From Octopus sinensis (taxonomy: Eukaryota), in the NCBI RefSeq assembly GCF_006345805.1, contig NW_021829882.1, positions 1 to 30,688 of the forward strand: a stretch of DNA of 30,688 nucleotides, in the 5' to 3' direction. The position numbers were made by a program, and so were the translations under genes. The notes beneath the pieces were generated by a model. The model ran no database searches. It was given only the letters and a program-made list of their open reading frames with translations, and had not been told where the DNA came from. Position 1 is the first letter of the stretch; each line of letters opens with the position of its first letter. Of the stretch, positions 11,138-23,805 are shown one piece after another.

Positions 11138-11296
11138 ATGGAAACTCTAGACTACAACCTGCATACTTTTCACAATTTTTGCGCTATATGTTCAGATAAA
11201 CCCTACATAGGTGCTAGTGGGGGAGGGGGTAGTTTTCCGGTATTAGGGTAGAAACTTCCGGTATTGGTGGTGGGGGTGGGAGGCGCGGGCGACAAA

Positions 11297-12303
11297 ATCG
11301 AAGCAACTAGTTTGAATACTATATTTGAGGGGAAAAATAATTATTAGATAAATGACTGAATGAAAGCCAGAGAGAGAATGAAAATAGATAAATAATAAAA
11401 AATACGGTAGAGAATGGAAATAGATAAATAATGAAAAAAAAAAAAAATACGGTAGAGAATGAGAATAGATAAATAATGAAAAAAAATACGGTAAGAGACG
11501 AGGGAGCATATTTCGGAGGAGAATGGATAAACATCGAAGATGGCCCTGAAGGAAAATAAACTTTAAAAATGCAATGCGTGAAGTCGCCATGTTTAGAGAA
11601 TAGGGGAACGAAGGGAGAACAGATCAAGCTATCCAAACAAAACGCTTAAAAATATGAAAAGAGCAGGATGAAATTGACTTAGCTGGCCATTTTTGGAAGT
11701 CTGTGTTTTCTCTGAGGTGTAGCGAGTGAATAGGGATCAGATACGATCGCACGCTGGCTTTTATAAGGGAATTAGGGAAGGGGACGGAAACACGAGAGAG
11801 AGAGAGAGAGAGAGAGAGAATCGAAGCAACTAGTTTGAATACTATATTTGAGGGGAAAAATAATTAATTAGATAAATGACTGAATGAAAGCCAGAGAGAG
11901 AATGAAAATAGATAAAATAAAAAATACGGTAGAGAATGGAAATAGATAAATATGAAAAAAAAAAAATACGGTAGAGAATGAGAATAGATAAATAATGAAA
12001 AAAATACGGTAAGAGACGAGGGGCATATTTCGGAGGAGAATGGATAAACATCGAAGATGGCCCTGAAGGAAAATAAACTTTAAAAATGCAATGCGTGAAG
12101 TCGCCATGTTTAGAATAGGGGAACGAAGGGAGAACAGATCAGCTATCCAAACAAAACGCTTAAAATATGAAAAGAGCAGGATGAAATTGACTTAGCTGGC
12201 CATTTTTGGAAGTCTGTGTTTTCTCTGAGGTGTAGCGAGTGAATAGGGATCAGATACGATCGCACGCTGGCTTTTATAAGGGAATTAGGGAAGGGGAACG
12301 AAA

Positions 12304-12334
<31 letters not shown>

Positions 12335-12823
12335 ATCGAAGCAACTAGTTTGAATACTATATTTGAGGGGGAAAAATAATTAATTAGATAAATGACTGAA
12401 TGAAAGCCAGAGAGAGAATGAAAATAGATAAATAATAAAAATACGGTAGAGAATGGAATAGATAAATAATGAAAAAAAAAAAAATACGGTAGAGAATGAG
12501 AATAGATAAATAATGAAAAAAATACGGTAAGAGACGAGGGGGCATATTTCGAGGAGAATGGATAAACATCGAAGATGGCCCTGAGGAAAATAAACTTTAA
12601 AAATGCAATGCATGAAGTCTGCCATGTTTAGAGAATAGGGGAACGAAGGGAGAACAGATCAAGCTATCCAAACAAAACGCTTAAAAATATGAAAAGAGCA
12701 GGATGAATTGACTTAGCTGGCCATTTTTGGAAGTCTGGTGTTTCTCTGAGGTGTAGCGAGTGAATAGGGATCAGATACGATCGCACGCTGGCTTTTATAA
12801 GGGAATTAGGGAAGGGGACGGAA

Positions 12824-12858
<35 letters not shown>

Positions 12859-13852
12859 CGAAGCAACTAGTTTGAATACTATATTTGAGGGGGAAAAATA
12901 ATTAATTAGATAAATGACTGAATGAAAGCCAGAGAGAGAATGAAATAGATAATAATAATAAAAAATACGGTAGAGAATGGAATAGATAAATATGAAAAAA
13001 AAAAAAATACGGTAGAGAATGAGAATAGATAATAATGAAAAAAATACGGTAAGAGACGAGGGAGCATATTTCGGAGGAGAATGGATAAACATCGAAGATG
13101 GCCCTGAAGGAAATAAACTTTAAAAATGCAATGCGTGAAGTCTCCATGTTTAGAGAATAGGGAACGAAGGGAGAACAGATCAAGCTATCCAAACAAAACG
13201 CTTAAAAATATGAAAAGAGCAGGATGAGATTGACTTAGCTGGCCATTTTTGGAAGTCTGTGTTTTTCTCTGAGGTGTAGCGAGTGAATAGGGATCAGATA
13301 CGATCGCACGCTGGCTTTTAATAAGGAATTAGGGAAGGGGACGGAAACACGAGAGAGAGAGAGAGAATCGAAGCAACTAGTTTGAATACTATATTTGAGG
13401 GGGAAAAATAATTAATTAGATAAATGACTGAATGAAAGCCAGAGAGAGAATGAAATAGATAAATAATAAAAAATACGGTAAGAATGGAAATAGATAAATA
13501 ATGAAAAAAAAATACGGTAGAGAATGAGAATAGATAAATAATGAAAAAAAAATACGGTAAGAGACGAGGGGCATATTTCGGAGGAGAATGGATAACATCG
13601 AAGATGGCCCTGAAGGAAATAAACTTTAAAAATGCAATGCATGAAGTCGCCATGTTTTAGAGATAGGGGAACGAAGGGAGAACAGATCAAGCTATCCAAA
13701 CAAAACGCTTAAAAATATGAAAAGAGCAGGATGAAATTGACTTAGCTGGCCATTTTTGGAAGTCTGTGTTTTCTCTGAGGTGTAGCGAGTGAATAGGGAT
13801 CAGATACGATCGCACGCTGGCTTTTATAAGGGAATTAGGGAAGGGGACGGAA

Positions 13853-13887
<35 letters not shown>

Positions 13888-14373
13888 CGAAGCAACTAGT
13901 TTGAATACTATATTTGAGGGGGAAAAAATAATTAATTAGATAAATGACTGAATGAAAGCCAGAGAGAGAATGAAAATAGATAAATAATAAAAATACGGTA
14001 GAGAATGGAAATAGATAAATAATGAAAAAAAAATACGGTAGAGAATGAGAATAGATAAATAATGAAAAAAAATACGGTAAGAGACGAGGGAGCATATTTC
14101 GGAGGAGAATGGATAAACATCGAAGATGGCCCTGAAGGAAAATAAACTTTAAAATGCAATGCATGAAGTCTCCATGTTTAGAGAATAGGGGAACGAAGGG
14201 AGAACAGATCAAGCTATCCAAACAAAACGCTTAAAATATGAAAAGAGCAGGATGAAATTGACTTAGCTGGCCATTTTTGGAAGTCGTGTTTTTCTCTGAG
14301 GTGTAGCGAGTGAATAGGGATCAGATACGATCGCACGCTGGCTTTTATAGGGAATTAGGGAAGGGGACGGAAA

Positions 14374-14408
<35 letters not shown>

Positions 14409-14890
14409 GAAGCAACTAGTTTGAATACTATATTTGAGGGGGAAAAATAATTAATTAGATAAATGACTGAATGAAAGCCAGAGAGAGAATGAAAATAGAT
14501 AAATAATAAAAATACGGTAGAGAATGGAAATAGATAAATAATGAAAAAAAAATACGGTAGAGAATGAGAATAGATAAATAATGAAAAAAATACGGTAAGA
14601 GACGAGGGCATATTTCGGAGGAGAATGGATAAACATCGAAGATGGCCCTGAAGGAAAATAAACTTTAAAAATGCAATGTGAAGTCTCCATGTTTAGAGAA
14701 TAGGGGAACGAAGGGAGAACAGATCAAGCTATCCAAACAAAACGCTTAAAAATATGAAAGAGCAGGATGAGATTGACTTAGCTGGCCATTTTTTGGAAGT
14801 CTGTGTTTTCTCTGAGGTGTAGCGAGTGAATAGGGATCAGATACGATCGCACGCTGGCTTTTATAAGGGAATAGGGAAGGGGACGGAAAC

Positions 14891-14926
<36 letters not shown>

Positions 14927-15927
14927 CGAAGCAACTAGTTTGAATACTATATTTTGAGGGGGAAAATAATTAATTAGATAAATGACTGAATGAAAGCCAG
15001 AGAGAGAATGAAAATAGATAAATAATAAAAATACGGTAGAGAATGGAAATAGATAAATGAAAAAAAAAAAATACGGTAGAGAATGAGAATAGATAAATAA
15101 TGAAAAAAATACGGTAAGAGACGAGGGGCATATTTCGGAGGATGGATAACACATCGAAGATGGCCCTGAAGGAAAATAAACTTTAAAAATGCAATGCATG
15201 AAGTCGCCATGTTTAGAGAATAGGGGAACGAAGGGAGAACAGATCAAGCTATCCAAACAAACGCTTAAAAATATGAAAAGAGCAGGATGAGATTGACTTA
15301 GCTGGCCATTTTTGGAAGTCTGTGTTTTCTCTGAGGTGTAGCGAGTGAATAGGGATCAGATACGATCGCACGCTGGCTTTTATAAGGGAATTAGGGAGGG
15401 GACGGAAACACGAGAGGAGAGAGAGAGAGAGAGAGAGAATCGAAGCAACTAGTTTGAATACTATATTTGAGGGGGAAAAATAATTAATTAGATAAATGAC
15501 TGAATGAAAGCCAGAGAGAAATGAAAATAATAAATAATAAAAAATAACGGTAGAGAATGGAAATAGATAAATAATGAAAAAAAAAAAATACGGTAGAGAA
15601 TGAGAATAGATAAATAATGAAAAAATACGGTAAGAGACGAGGGAGCATATTTCGGAGGAGAATGGATAAACATCGAAGATGGCCCTGAAGGAAAATAAAC
15701 TTTAAAAATGCAATGCTGAAGTCTCCATGTTTAGAGAATAGGGAACGAAGGGAGAACAGATCAAGCTATCCAAACAAAACGCTTAAAAATATGAAAAGAG
15801 CAGGATGAAATTGACTTAGCTGGCCATTTTTGGAAGTCTGTGTTTTCTCTGAGGTGTAGCGAGTGAATAGGGATCAGATACGATCGCACGCTGGCTTTTA
15901 TAAGGGAATTAGGGAAGGGGACGGAAA

Positions 15928-15962
<35 letters not shown>

Positions 15963-16449
15963 CGAAGCAACTAGTTTGAATACTATATTTGAGGGGGAAA
16001 AATAATTAATTAGATAAATGACTGAATGAAAGCCAGAGAGAGAATGAAAATAGATAAATAATAAAAAATACGGTAGAGAATGGATAGATAATAATGAAAA
16101 AAAAAATACGGTAGAGAATGAGAATAGATAAATAATGAAAAAAAAATAACGGTAAGAGACGAGGGGGCATATTTCGGAGGAGAATGGATAAACATCGAAG
16201 ATGGCCCTGAAGGAAAATAAACTTTAAAAATGCAATGCATGAAGTCTCCATGTTTAGAGAATAGGGGAACGAAGGGAGAACAGATCAAGCTATCCAAACA
16301 AAACGCTTAAAAATATGAAAAGAGCAGGATGATTGACTTAGCTGGCCATTTTTGGAAGTCTGTGTTTTCTCTGAGGTGTGTACGAGTGAATAGGGATCAG
16401 ATACGATCGCACGCTGGCTTTTATAAGGAATTAGGGAAGGGGACGGAAA

Positions 16450-16480
<31 letters not shown>

Positions 16481-16966
16481 ATCGAAGCAACTAGTTTGAA
16501 TACTATATTTGAGGGGGAAAAATAATTAATTAGATAAATGACTGAATGAAAGCCAGAGAGAGAATGAAAATAGATAAATAATAAAAAAATACGGTAGAGA
16601 ATGGAATAGATAAATAATGAAAAAAAAATACGGTAGAGAATGAAATAGATAAATAATGAAAAAATACGGTAAGAGACGAGGGAGCATATTTCGGAGGAGA
16701 ATGGATAAACATCGAAGATGGCCCTGAAGGAAAATAAACTTTAAAAATGCAATGCATGAAGTCTCCATGTTTAGAGAATAGGGGACGAAGGGAGAACAGA
16801 TCAAGCTATCCAAACAAAACGCTTAAAATATGAAAAGAGCAGGATGAGATTGACTTAGCTGGCCATTTTTGGAAGTCTGTGTTTTCTCTGAGGTGTAGCG
16901 AGTGAATAGGGATCAGATACGATCGCACGCTGGCTTTTATAAGGGAATTAGGGAAGGGGACGGAAA

Positions 16967-16997
<31 letters not shown>

Positions 16998-17997
16998 ATC
17001 GAAGCAACTAGTTTGAATACTATATTTGAGGGGGAAAAATAATTAATTAGATAAATGACTGAATGAAAGCCAGAGAGAGAATGAAAATAGATAAATAATA
17101 AAAAATACGGTAGAGAATGGAAATAGATAAATAATGAAAAAAAAATACGGTAGAGAATGAGAATAGATAAATAATGAAAAAAATACGGTAAGAGACGAGG
17201 GGGCATATTTCAGGAGATTGGATAAACATCGAAGATGGCCCTGAAGGAAAATAAACTTTAAAAATGCAATGCATGAAGTCTCCATGTTTAGAGAATAGGG
17301 GAACGAAGGGAGAACAGATCAAGCTATCCAAACAAAACGCTTAAAAATATGAAAAGAGCAGGATGAGATTGACTTAGCTGGCCATTTTTGGAAGTCTGTG
17401 TTTTCTCTGAAGGTGTAGCGAGTGAATAGGGATCAGATACGATCGCACGCTGGCTTTTATAAGGGAATTAGGGAAGGGGACGGAAACACGAGAGAGAGAG
17501 AGAGAGAGAGATCGAAGCAACTATTTGAATACTATATTTGAGGGGGAAAATATTAATTAGATAAATGACTGAATGAAAGCCAGAGAGAGAATGAAAATAG
17601 ATAAATAAAAAAAAACGGTAGAGAATGGAAATAGATAAATAATGAAAAAAAAAATACGGTAGAGAATGAGAATAGATAAATAATGAAAAAAATACGGTAA
17701 GAGACGAGGGGGCATATTTCGGAGGAGAATGGATAAACATCGAAGATGGCCCTGAAGGAAAATAAACTTTAAAAATGCAATGCATGAAGTCTCCATGTTT
17801 AGAGAATAGGGGAACGAAGGGAGAACAGATCAAGCTATCCAAACAAAACGCTTAAAAATATGAAAAGAGCAGGATGAGATTGACTTAGCTGGCCATTTTT
17901 GGAAGTCTGTGTTTTCTCTGAAGGTGTAGCGAGTGAATAGGGATCAGATACGATCGCACGCTGGCTTTTATAAGGGAATTAGGGAAGGGGACGGAAA

Positions 17998-18040
<43 letters not shown>

Positions 18041-18530
18041 CGAAGCAACTAGTTTGAATACTATATTTGAGGGGGAAAAATAATTAATTAGATAAATGAC
18101 TGAATGAAAGCCAGAGAGAGAATGAAAATAGATAAATAATAAAAAAATACGGTAGAGAATGGAAATAGATAAATAATGAAAAAAAAATACGGTAGAGAAT
18201 GAGAATAGATAAATAATGAAAAAAATACGGTAAGAGACGAGGGGGCATATTTCGGAGGAGAATGGATAAACATCGAAGATGGCCCTGAAGGAAAATAAAC
18301 TTTAAAAATGCAATGCATGAAGTCTCCATGTTTAGAGAATAGGGGAACGAAGGGAGAACAGATCAAGCTATCCAAACAAAACGCTTAAAAATATGAAAAG
18401 AGCAGGATGAGATTGACTTAGCTGGCCATTTTTGGAAGTCTGTGTTTTCTCTGAAGGTGTAGCGAGTGAATAGGGATCAGATACGATCGCACGCTGGCTT
18501 TTATAAGGGAATTAGGGAAGGGGACGGAAA

Positions 18531-18561
<31 letters not shown>

Positions 18562-19045
18562 ATCGAAGCAACTAGTTTGAATACTATATTTGAGGGGGAA
18601 AAATAATTAATTAGATAAATGACTGAATGAAAGCCAGAGAGAGAATGAAAATAGATAAATAATAAAAAATACGGTAGAGAATGGAAATAGATAAATAATG
18701 AAAAAAAAATACGGTAGAGAATGAGAATAGATAAATAATGAAAAAAATACGGTAAGAGACGAGGGGCATATTTCGGAGAGAATGGATAACATCGAAGATG
18801 GCCCTGAAGGAAAATAAACTTTAAAAATGCAATGCATGAAGTCCTCATGTTTAGAGAATAGGGGAACGAAGGGAGAACAGATCAAGCTATCCAAACAAAA
18901 CGCTTAAAAATATGAAAGAGCAGGATGAGATTGACTTAGCTGGCCATTTTTGGAAGTCTGTGTTTTCTCTGAGGTGTAGCGAGTGAATAGGGATCAGATA
19001 CGATCGCACGCTGGCTTTTATAGGGAATTAGGGAAGGGGACGGAA

Positions 19046-19083
<38 letters not shown>

Positions 19084-19535
19084 ATCGAAGCAACTAGTTT
19101 GAATACTATATTTGAGGGGGAAAAATAATTAATTAGATAAATGACTGAATGAAAGCCAGAGAGAGAATGAAAATAGATAAATAATAAAAAAATACGGTAG
19201 AGAATGGAAATAGATAAATAATGAAAAAAATACGGTAAGAGACGAGGGGGCATATTTCGGAGGAGAATGGATAAACATCGAAGATGGCCCTGAAGGAAAA
19301 TAAACTTTAAAAATGCAATGCATGAAGTCTCCATGTTTAGAGAATAGGGGAACGAAGGGAGAACAGATCAAGCTATCCAAACAAAACGCTTAAAAATATG
19401 AAAAGAGCAGGATGAGATTGACTTAGCTGGCCATTTTTGGAAGTCTGTGTTTTCTCTGAAGGTGTAGCGAGTGAATAGGGATCAGATACGATCGCACGCT
19501 GGCTTTTATAAGGGAATTAGGGAAGGGGACGGAAA

Positions 19536-19572
<37 letters not shown>

Positions 19573-20049
19573 CGAAGCAACTAGTTTGAATACTATATTT
19601 GAGGGGGAAAAATAATTAATTAGATAAATGACTGAATGAAGCCAGAGAGAGAATGAAAATAGATAAATAATAAAAATACGGTAGAGAATGGAAATAGATA
19701 AAAATGAAAAAAAAATACGGTAGAGAATGAGAATAGATAATAATGAAAAAAATACGGTAAGAGACGAGGGGCATATTTCGGAGGAGAATGGATAAACATC
19801 GAAGATGGCCCTGAAGAAAATAAACTTTAAAATGCAATGCATGAAGTCTCCATGTTTAGAGAATAGGGGAACGAAGGGAGAACAGATCAAGCTATCCAAA
19901 CAAAACGCTTAAAAATGAAAAAGAGCAGGATGAGATTGACGTAGCTGGCCATTTTTGGAAGTCTGTGTTTTCTCTGAAGGTGTAGCGAGTGAATAGGGAT
20001 CAGATACGATCGCACGCTGGCTTTTATAAGGGAATTAGGGGGGACGGAA

Positions 20050-20104
<55 letters not shown>

Positions 20105-20593
20105 CGAAGCACTAGTTTGAATACTATTTTGAGGGGGAAAAATAATTAATTAGATAATGACTGAATGAAAGCCAGAGAGAGAATGAAAATAGATAAATAA
20201 TAAAAAAATACGGTAGAGAATGGAAATAGATAAATAATGAAAAAAAATACGGTAGAGAATGAGAATAGATAAATAATGAAAAAAAAAAAACGGTAAGAGA
20301 CGAGGGGGCATATTTCGGAGGAGAATGGATAAACATCGAAGATGGCCCTGAAGGAAAATAAACTTTAAAAATGCAATGCATGAAGTCTCCATGTTTAGAG
20401 AATAGGGGAACGAAGGGAGAACAGATCAAGCTATCCAAACAAAACGCTTAAAAATATGAAAAGAGCAGGATGAGATTGACTTAGCTGGCCATTTTTGGAA
20501 GTCTGTGTTTTCTCTGAAGGTGTAGCGAGTGAATAGGGATCAGATACGATCGCACGCTGGCTTTTATAAGGGAATTAGGGAAGGGGACGGAAA

Positions 20594-20654
<61 letters not shown>

Positions 20655-21150
20655 CGAAGCAACTAGTTTGAATACTATATTTGAGGGGGAAAAATAATTA
20701 ATTAGATAAATGACTGAATGAAAGCCAGAGAGAGAATGAAAATAGATAAATAATAAAAAATACGGTAGAGAATGGAAATAGATAAATAATGAAAAAAAAA
20801 AAATACGGTAGAGAATGAGAATAGATAAATAATGAAAAAAATACGGTAAGAGACGAGGGGGCATATTTCGGAGGAGAATGGATAAACATCGAAGATGGCC
20901 CTGAAGGAAAATAAACTTTAAAAATGCAATGCATGAAGTCTCCATGTTTAGAGAATAGGGGAACGAAGGGAGAACAGATCAAGCTATCCAAACAAAACGC
21001 TTAAAAATATGAAAAGAGCAGGATGAGATTGACTTAGCTGGCCATTTTTGGAAGTCTGTGTTTCTCTTTCTCTGAAGGTGTAGCGAGTGAATAGGGATCA
21101 GATACGATCGCACGCTGGCTTTTATAAGGAATTAGGGAAGGGGACGGAAA

Positions 21151-21187
<37 letters not shown>
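11297..21187. repeat. Tandem array (satellite) of 19 units of ~490-550 bp separated by (GA)n
   Basis: atcgaagc unit starts at 11297, 11820, 12335, 12857, 13367, 13886, 14406, 14925, 15439, 15961, 16481, 16998, 17511, 18039, 18562, 19084, 19571, 20103 and 20653. Confidence 0.97.
11688..11765 (-). promoter_or_regulatory. Pol II core-promoter-like cassette, repeated in every array unit (unit 1 shown)
   Basis: Minus strand: (CT)n upstream, TATAAAAG at 11765-11758, Inr-like ATTCACTC at 11731-11724, and AAAAATGG with ATG at 11690-11688. TATA-Inr spacing is 34-38 nt, longer than the canonical ~30. Confidence 0.35.
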
Positions 21188-21190
<3 letters not shown>

Positions 21191-21191
21191 A

Positions 21192-21360
21192 TATATACGA
21201 CAGGCTTCTTTCAGTTTCCCTCTACCAAATCCACTCACAAGGCATTGGTCAGCCTGAGGCTAGAGTTGAAGACACTTGCCCAAGGTGCCACGCAGTGGGA
21301 CTGAACCTGGAACCATGTGGTTGGTAAGCAAGCTACTTACCACACAGCCACTCCTGTGCC
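21192..21360 (-). mobile_element. tRNA-derived SINE (family A), 5' half only
   Basis: Reverse complement closely matches 21881-22050. The copy stops at its internal (TA)n, where the array's (GA)n begins. Confidence 0.8.
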
Positions 21361-21546
21361 TATACATACATGTATGTATGTTAGTTGGTCGGTGGCAGTG
21401 GTGACTAACATGTATTCCATACTGGCATGGGTTGAGTATTTTTACAGGATTTCATAGGTTTGAAGACTACATTGTACTCCAATGTCTGCTGCTTTGGCAG
21501 GTTTGTTAACACCTACCATTTTACAATCTGTATATGCATATATATT

Positions 21547-21868
21547 GGAGGCACAATGGTCCAGTGGTTAAGGCAGCGGACTCGCGGTTTGGAGGATCGC
21601 GGTTTCGATTCCCAGACCTGGCATTGTGGTGTTTATTGAACGAAAACACCTAAAAGCTCTACGAGGCTCCAGCAAGATGTGGTAGTGACCCCTGTTTTAC
21701 AACTTTTGTCCCAACTTTCTCTTACTCTTTCTTCCTGTTTCTTGAGTAATGCTGCGATGGACTGGCATCCCGTCCAGCAGGGGGGAACACATACACCATA
21801 GAAACCGAGAAACCAAGCCCATGAACCTGGCTAGGCTTGAAAAGGGCGCATAATAAAAAAAAAAAAAA
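21547..21868 (+). mobile_element. tRNA-derived SINE (family B) with poly(A) tail
   Basis: A-box-like TGGTCCAGTGG, B-box-like GGTTTCGATTCC, a central gcgatggactggcatcccgtccag resembling V-domain SINE cores (recollection, unverified), and an A-tail. Confidence 0.7.
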
Positions 21869-21880
21869 GGCATATATACA

Positions 21881-22268
21881 GGCGCAGAGTGGCTGTGTGG
21901 TAAGTAGCTTGCTTACCAACCACATGGTTCCAGGTTCAGTCCCCACTGCGTGGCACCTTGGCAAGCGTCTTCTTTCTACTTAGCCTTGGGCCGACCAAAG
22001 CCTTGTGAGTGGATTTGGTACACGGAAACTGAAAGAAGCCCATCGTATATATGTATTAATGTATATGTATGTGTGTGTTAGTTGCCCCAACATCGCTTGA
22101 CAACCGATGCTGTGTGTTTATGTCCCCATACTTAGCAGTTTGGAATAAAAGTCCACTAGAATAAGTTCTAGGCTTACAAAGAATAAATCCTTGGTCAGTT
22201 TGGTTGACTAAGGCGGTGCTCCAGCATGGCCACAGTCAAACGACTGAAACAAGTAAAAGAGTAAAAAA
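21881..22268 (+). mobile_element. tRNA-derived SINE (family A), full length
   Basis: A box TGGCTGTGTGG at 21890-21900, B-box-like GGTTCAGTCCC, an internal (TA/TG)n, and a 3' body ending gactgaaacaagtaaaagagtaaaa. Confidence 0.8.
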
Positions 22269-22574
22269 GTATATATACATATAGCCCTACCTGTAATTGT
22301 TGTTGTTATGGTATGAGTATTATGGGGTTTTATTATTATATCATTATAACTTAACAAAAATAACAGCAGCATTTCATCCATTTTTATATTCTAAGTCAGG
22401 GTTTCCCACCAGGGATGCTTGCATTCTTTGTGGGTGTGAGCAGGGCTGGATTTACAGGGTGTCAAAAGAGGGGCAATTGCCCCGGGCACCTTTATTCTTA
22501 TATAATTATTACTTTAAGGGGTGCGAGAATATATTAAAAGTTTTTAGGGGTGCAGGGCATAACAAAGTTTGGAA

Positions 22575-22720
22575 ACACTGTTCTAAGTTCAAATTCCATG
22601 AAGTCACTTTACCTTTCAGGGTCAATAAAATAAGTACAAGTCAAGTACTGCAGTCAATGTATTGAGTTCTTTCCTCCCTTCAAAAAACTGCTGACACTGT
22701 GGCCAAAATTTGAAACCATT
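22575..22720 (+). mobile_element. Decayed SINE core fragment, Nin-domain-like
   Basis: aaattccatgaagtcactttacctttcagggtcaataaaataagtacaag resembles the conserved invertebrate SINE core; identified from memory. Confidence 0.45.
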
Positions 22721-22967
22721 ATTATCATAACTGAGATCAGTATCTTTAGAATGGTGTTTGACTTTTTAGTTTCTGAAAATAAAATGCTTTGCACTATTTG
22801 TTCAAACTCTTTACATTCTGTGCTCAGATCCTGCCATTCTTTGGGTCAGTAAAATAAAGTAGTATCCATGACTGGTGATAGGGTGGGGGAGCAATGTTAT
22901 TAATATCTCTCCCCAAAATTTCTTCTTTTTTTTATATATTACTATTATTATCTTTTTTGTATTTCAG

Positions 22968-23098
22968 GCTAGTGTAATATGCTGTTGCAGTCCTTCTAAA
23001 ATGATCTGGAGAGCCTCACGTACACATACAATCTTTCTGGGAGTATTACTGCTGTATTTTGTACTAACAGTTGTTGCAGTTGCTATAAGTATCTATTA
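22968..23098 (+). CDS. TMC: TMC (transmembrane channel-like) family exon, phase 0-2
   Basis: Acceptor tttcAG at 22966-22967 and donor GTAAGT at 23099. Reads ASVICCCSPSKMIWRASRTHTIFLGVLLLYFVLTVVAVAISIY, matching the TMC xxF(K/R)ASR...F.G.LL segment. Paralogue not assignable. Confidence 0.85.
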
Positions 23099-23295
23099 GT
23101 AAGTAAAAATTTGAGATTTACTGAACTCCATTCATGTGTACCTGTCAAGAATACATGTATGCTCACCTGAAACATACACGCATTCACCTGGAACAAACAC
23201 AAGCTCATTTAAAACACATTTTCACCTATCCATAACATATATACATTTACTCAGAACAAATATAAACCCACATCATTGTCATTTTCACCCTCTAA

Positions 23296-23515
23296 CCCTT
23301 TTGTTACTGTATTTATTTTGAGATGCTCTGTGTTTCTTTTAATTACTTTAAATATAACAAAGAATTTAGTAAAATAACTTAGTTATCATTCAGCTAGTGT
23401 TAGGAACATAAATTGTGACTAAGGTTTGGTGGAAGATTTTAATTCAAAACTAATGAAAACAAGACATTTGTACTCAGAGCCAGAGCCGGTTTCAGCCAGG
23501 CTGGTAACAAAAGGG
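23296..23515. mobile_element. piggyBac-like MITE (220 bp)
   Basis: Perfect 12-bp TIR CCCTTTTGTTAC / GTAACAAAAGGG, flanked by CTAA on the left and TTAA on the right. Confidence 0.75.
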
Positions 23516-23805
23516 TTAATGTCCACTCTTCCGTGTTTGCATGGGTCAAACAGAATTAGTTGAGGCTAATTTTCTATTGTTGGATGCCTTTTGTGTCACT
23601 AGCCATCACCTGTTTCCAAGGAAGATATTTTCTCCTTTCTAGGCATCCTTTTCACTAATGTTGGGTAACAGGCTTCACTTTTATGACAGTGATTTTTATT
23701 TATAATCATCATGGGATGGTGATACAAGGATACACACAAATATACGCACTCACAAATACATACAAATACACACATACATAGATACACACACATATATACA
23801 TACAT

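Noticed and set aside
11138-11296. HDV-like or twister ribozyme at the RTE 5' end (known for some RTEs)
   Set aside because: I could not find the L3/J4-2 or twister core motifs by eye; an Infernal search would be needed.
11243-20991. Dozens of F/I/L/Y-rich minus-strand ORFs in the array
   Set aside because: Their frames and ends differ from unit to unit because of indels, and the composition mirrors A-rich subrepeats; no conserved protein.
11297-21187. Array as a 5S, snRNA, tRNA, histone or retrozyme cluster
   Set aside because: No recognisable RNA-gene or histone sequence, and no CTGANGA...GAAA core on either strand of the unit.
21547-21630. tRNA genes at SINE heads (also 21881 and 25824)
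   Set aside because: A and B boxes are present, but there is no complete cloverleaf and each continues into a SINE body.
22297-22665. 122-aa ORF as an upstream TMC exon
   Set aside because: No TMC motifs, no convincing splice sites, and it overlaps repeat fragments.
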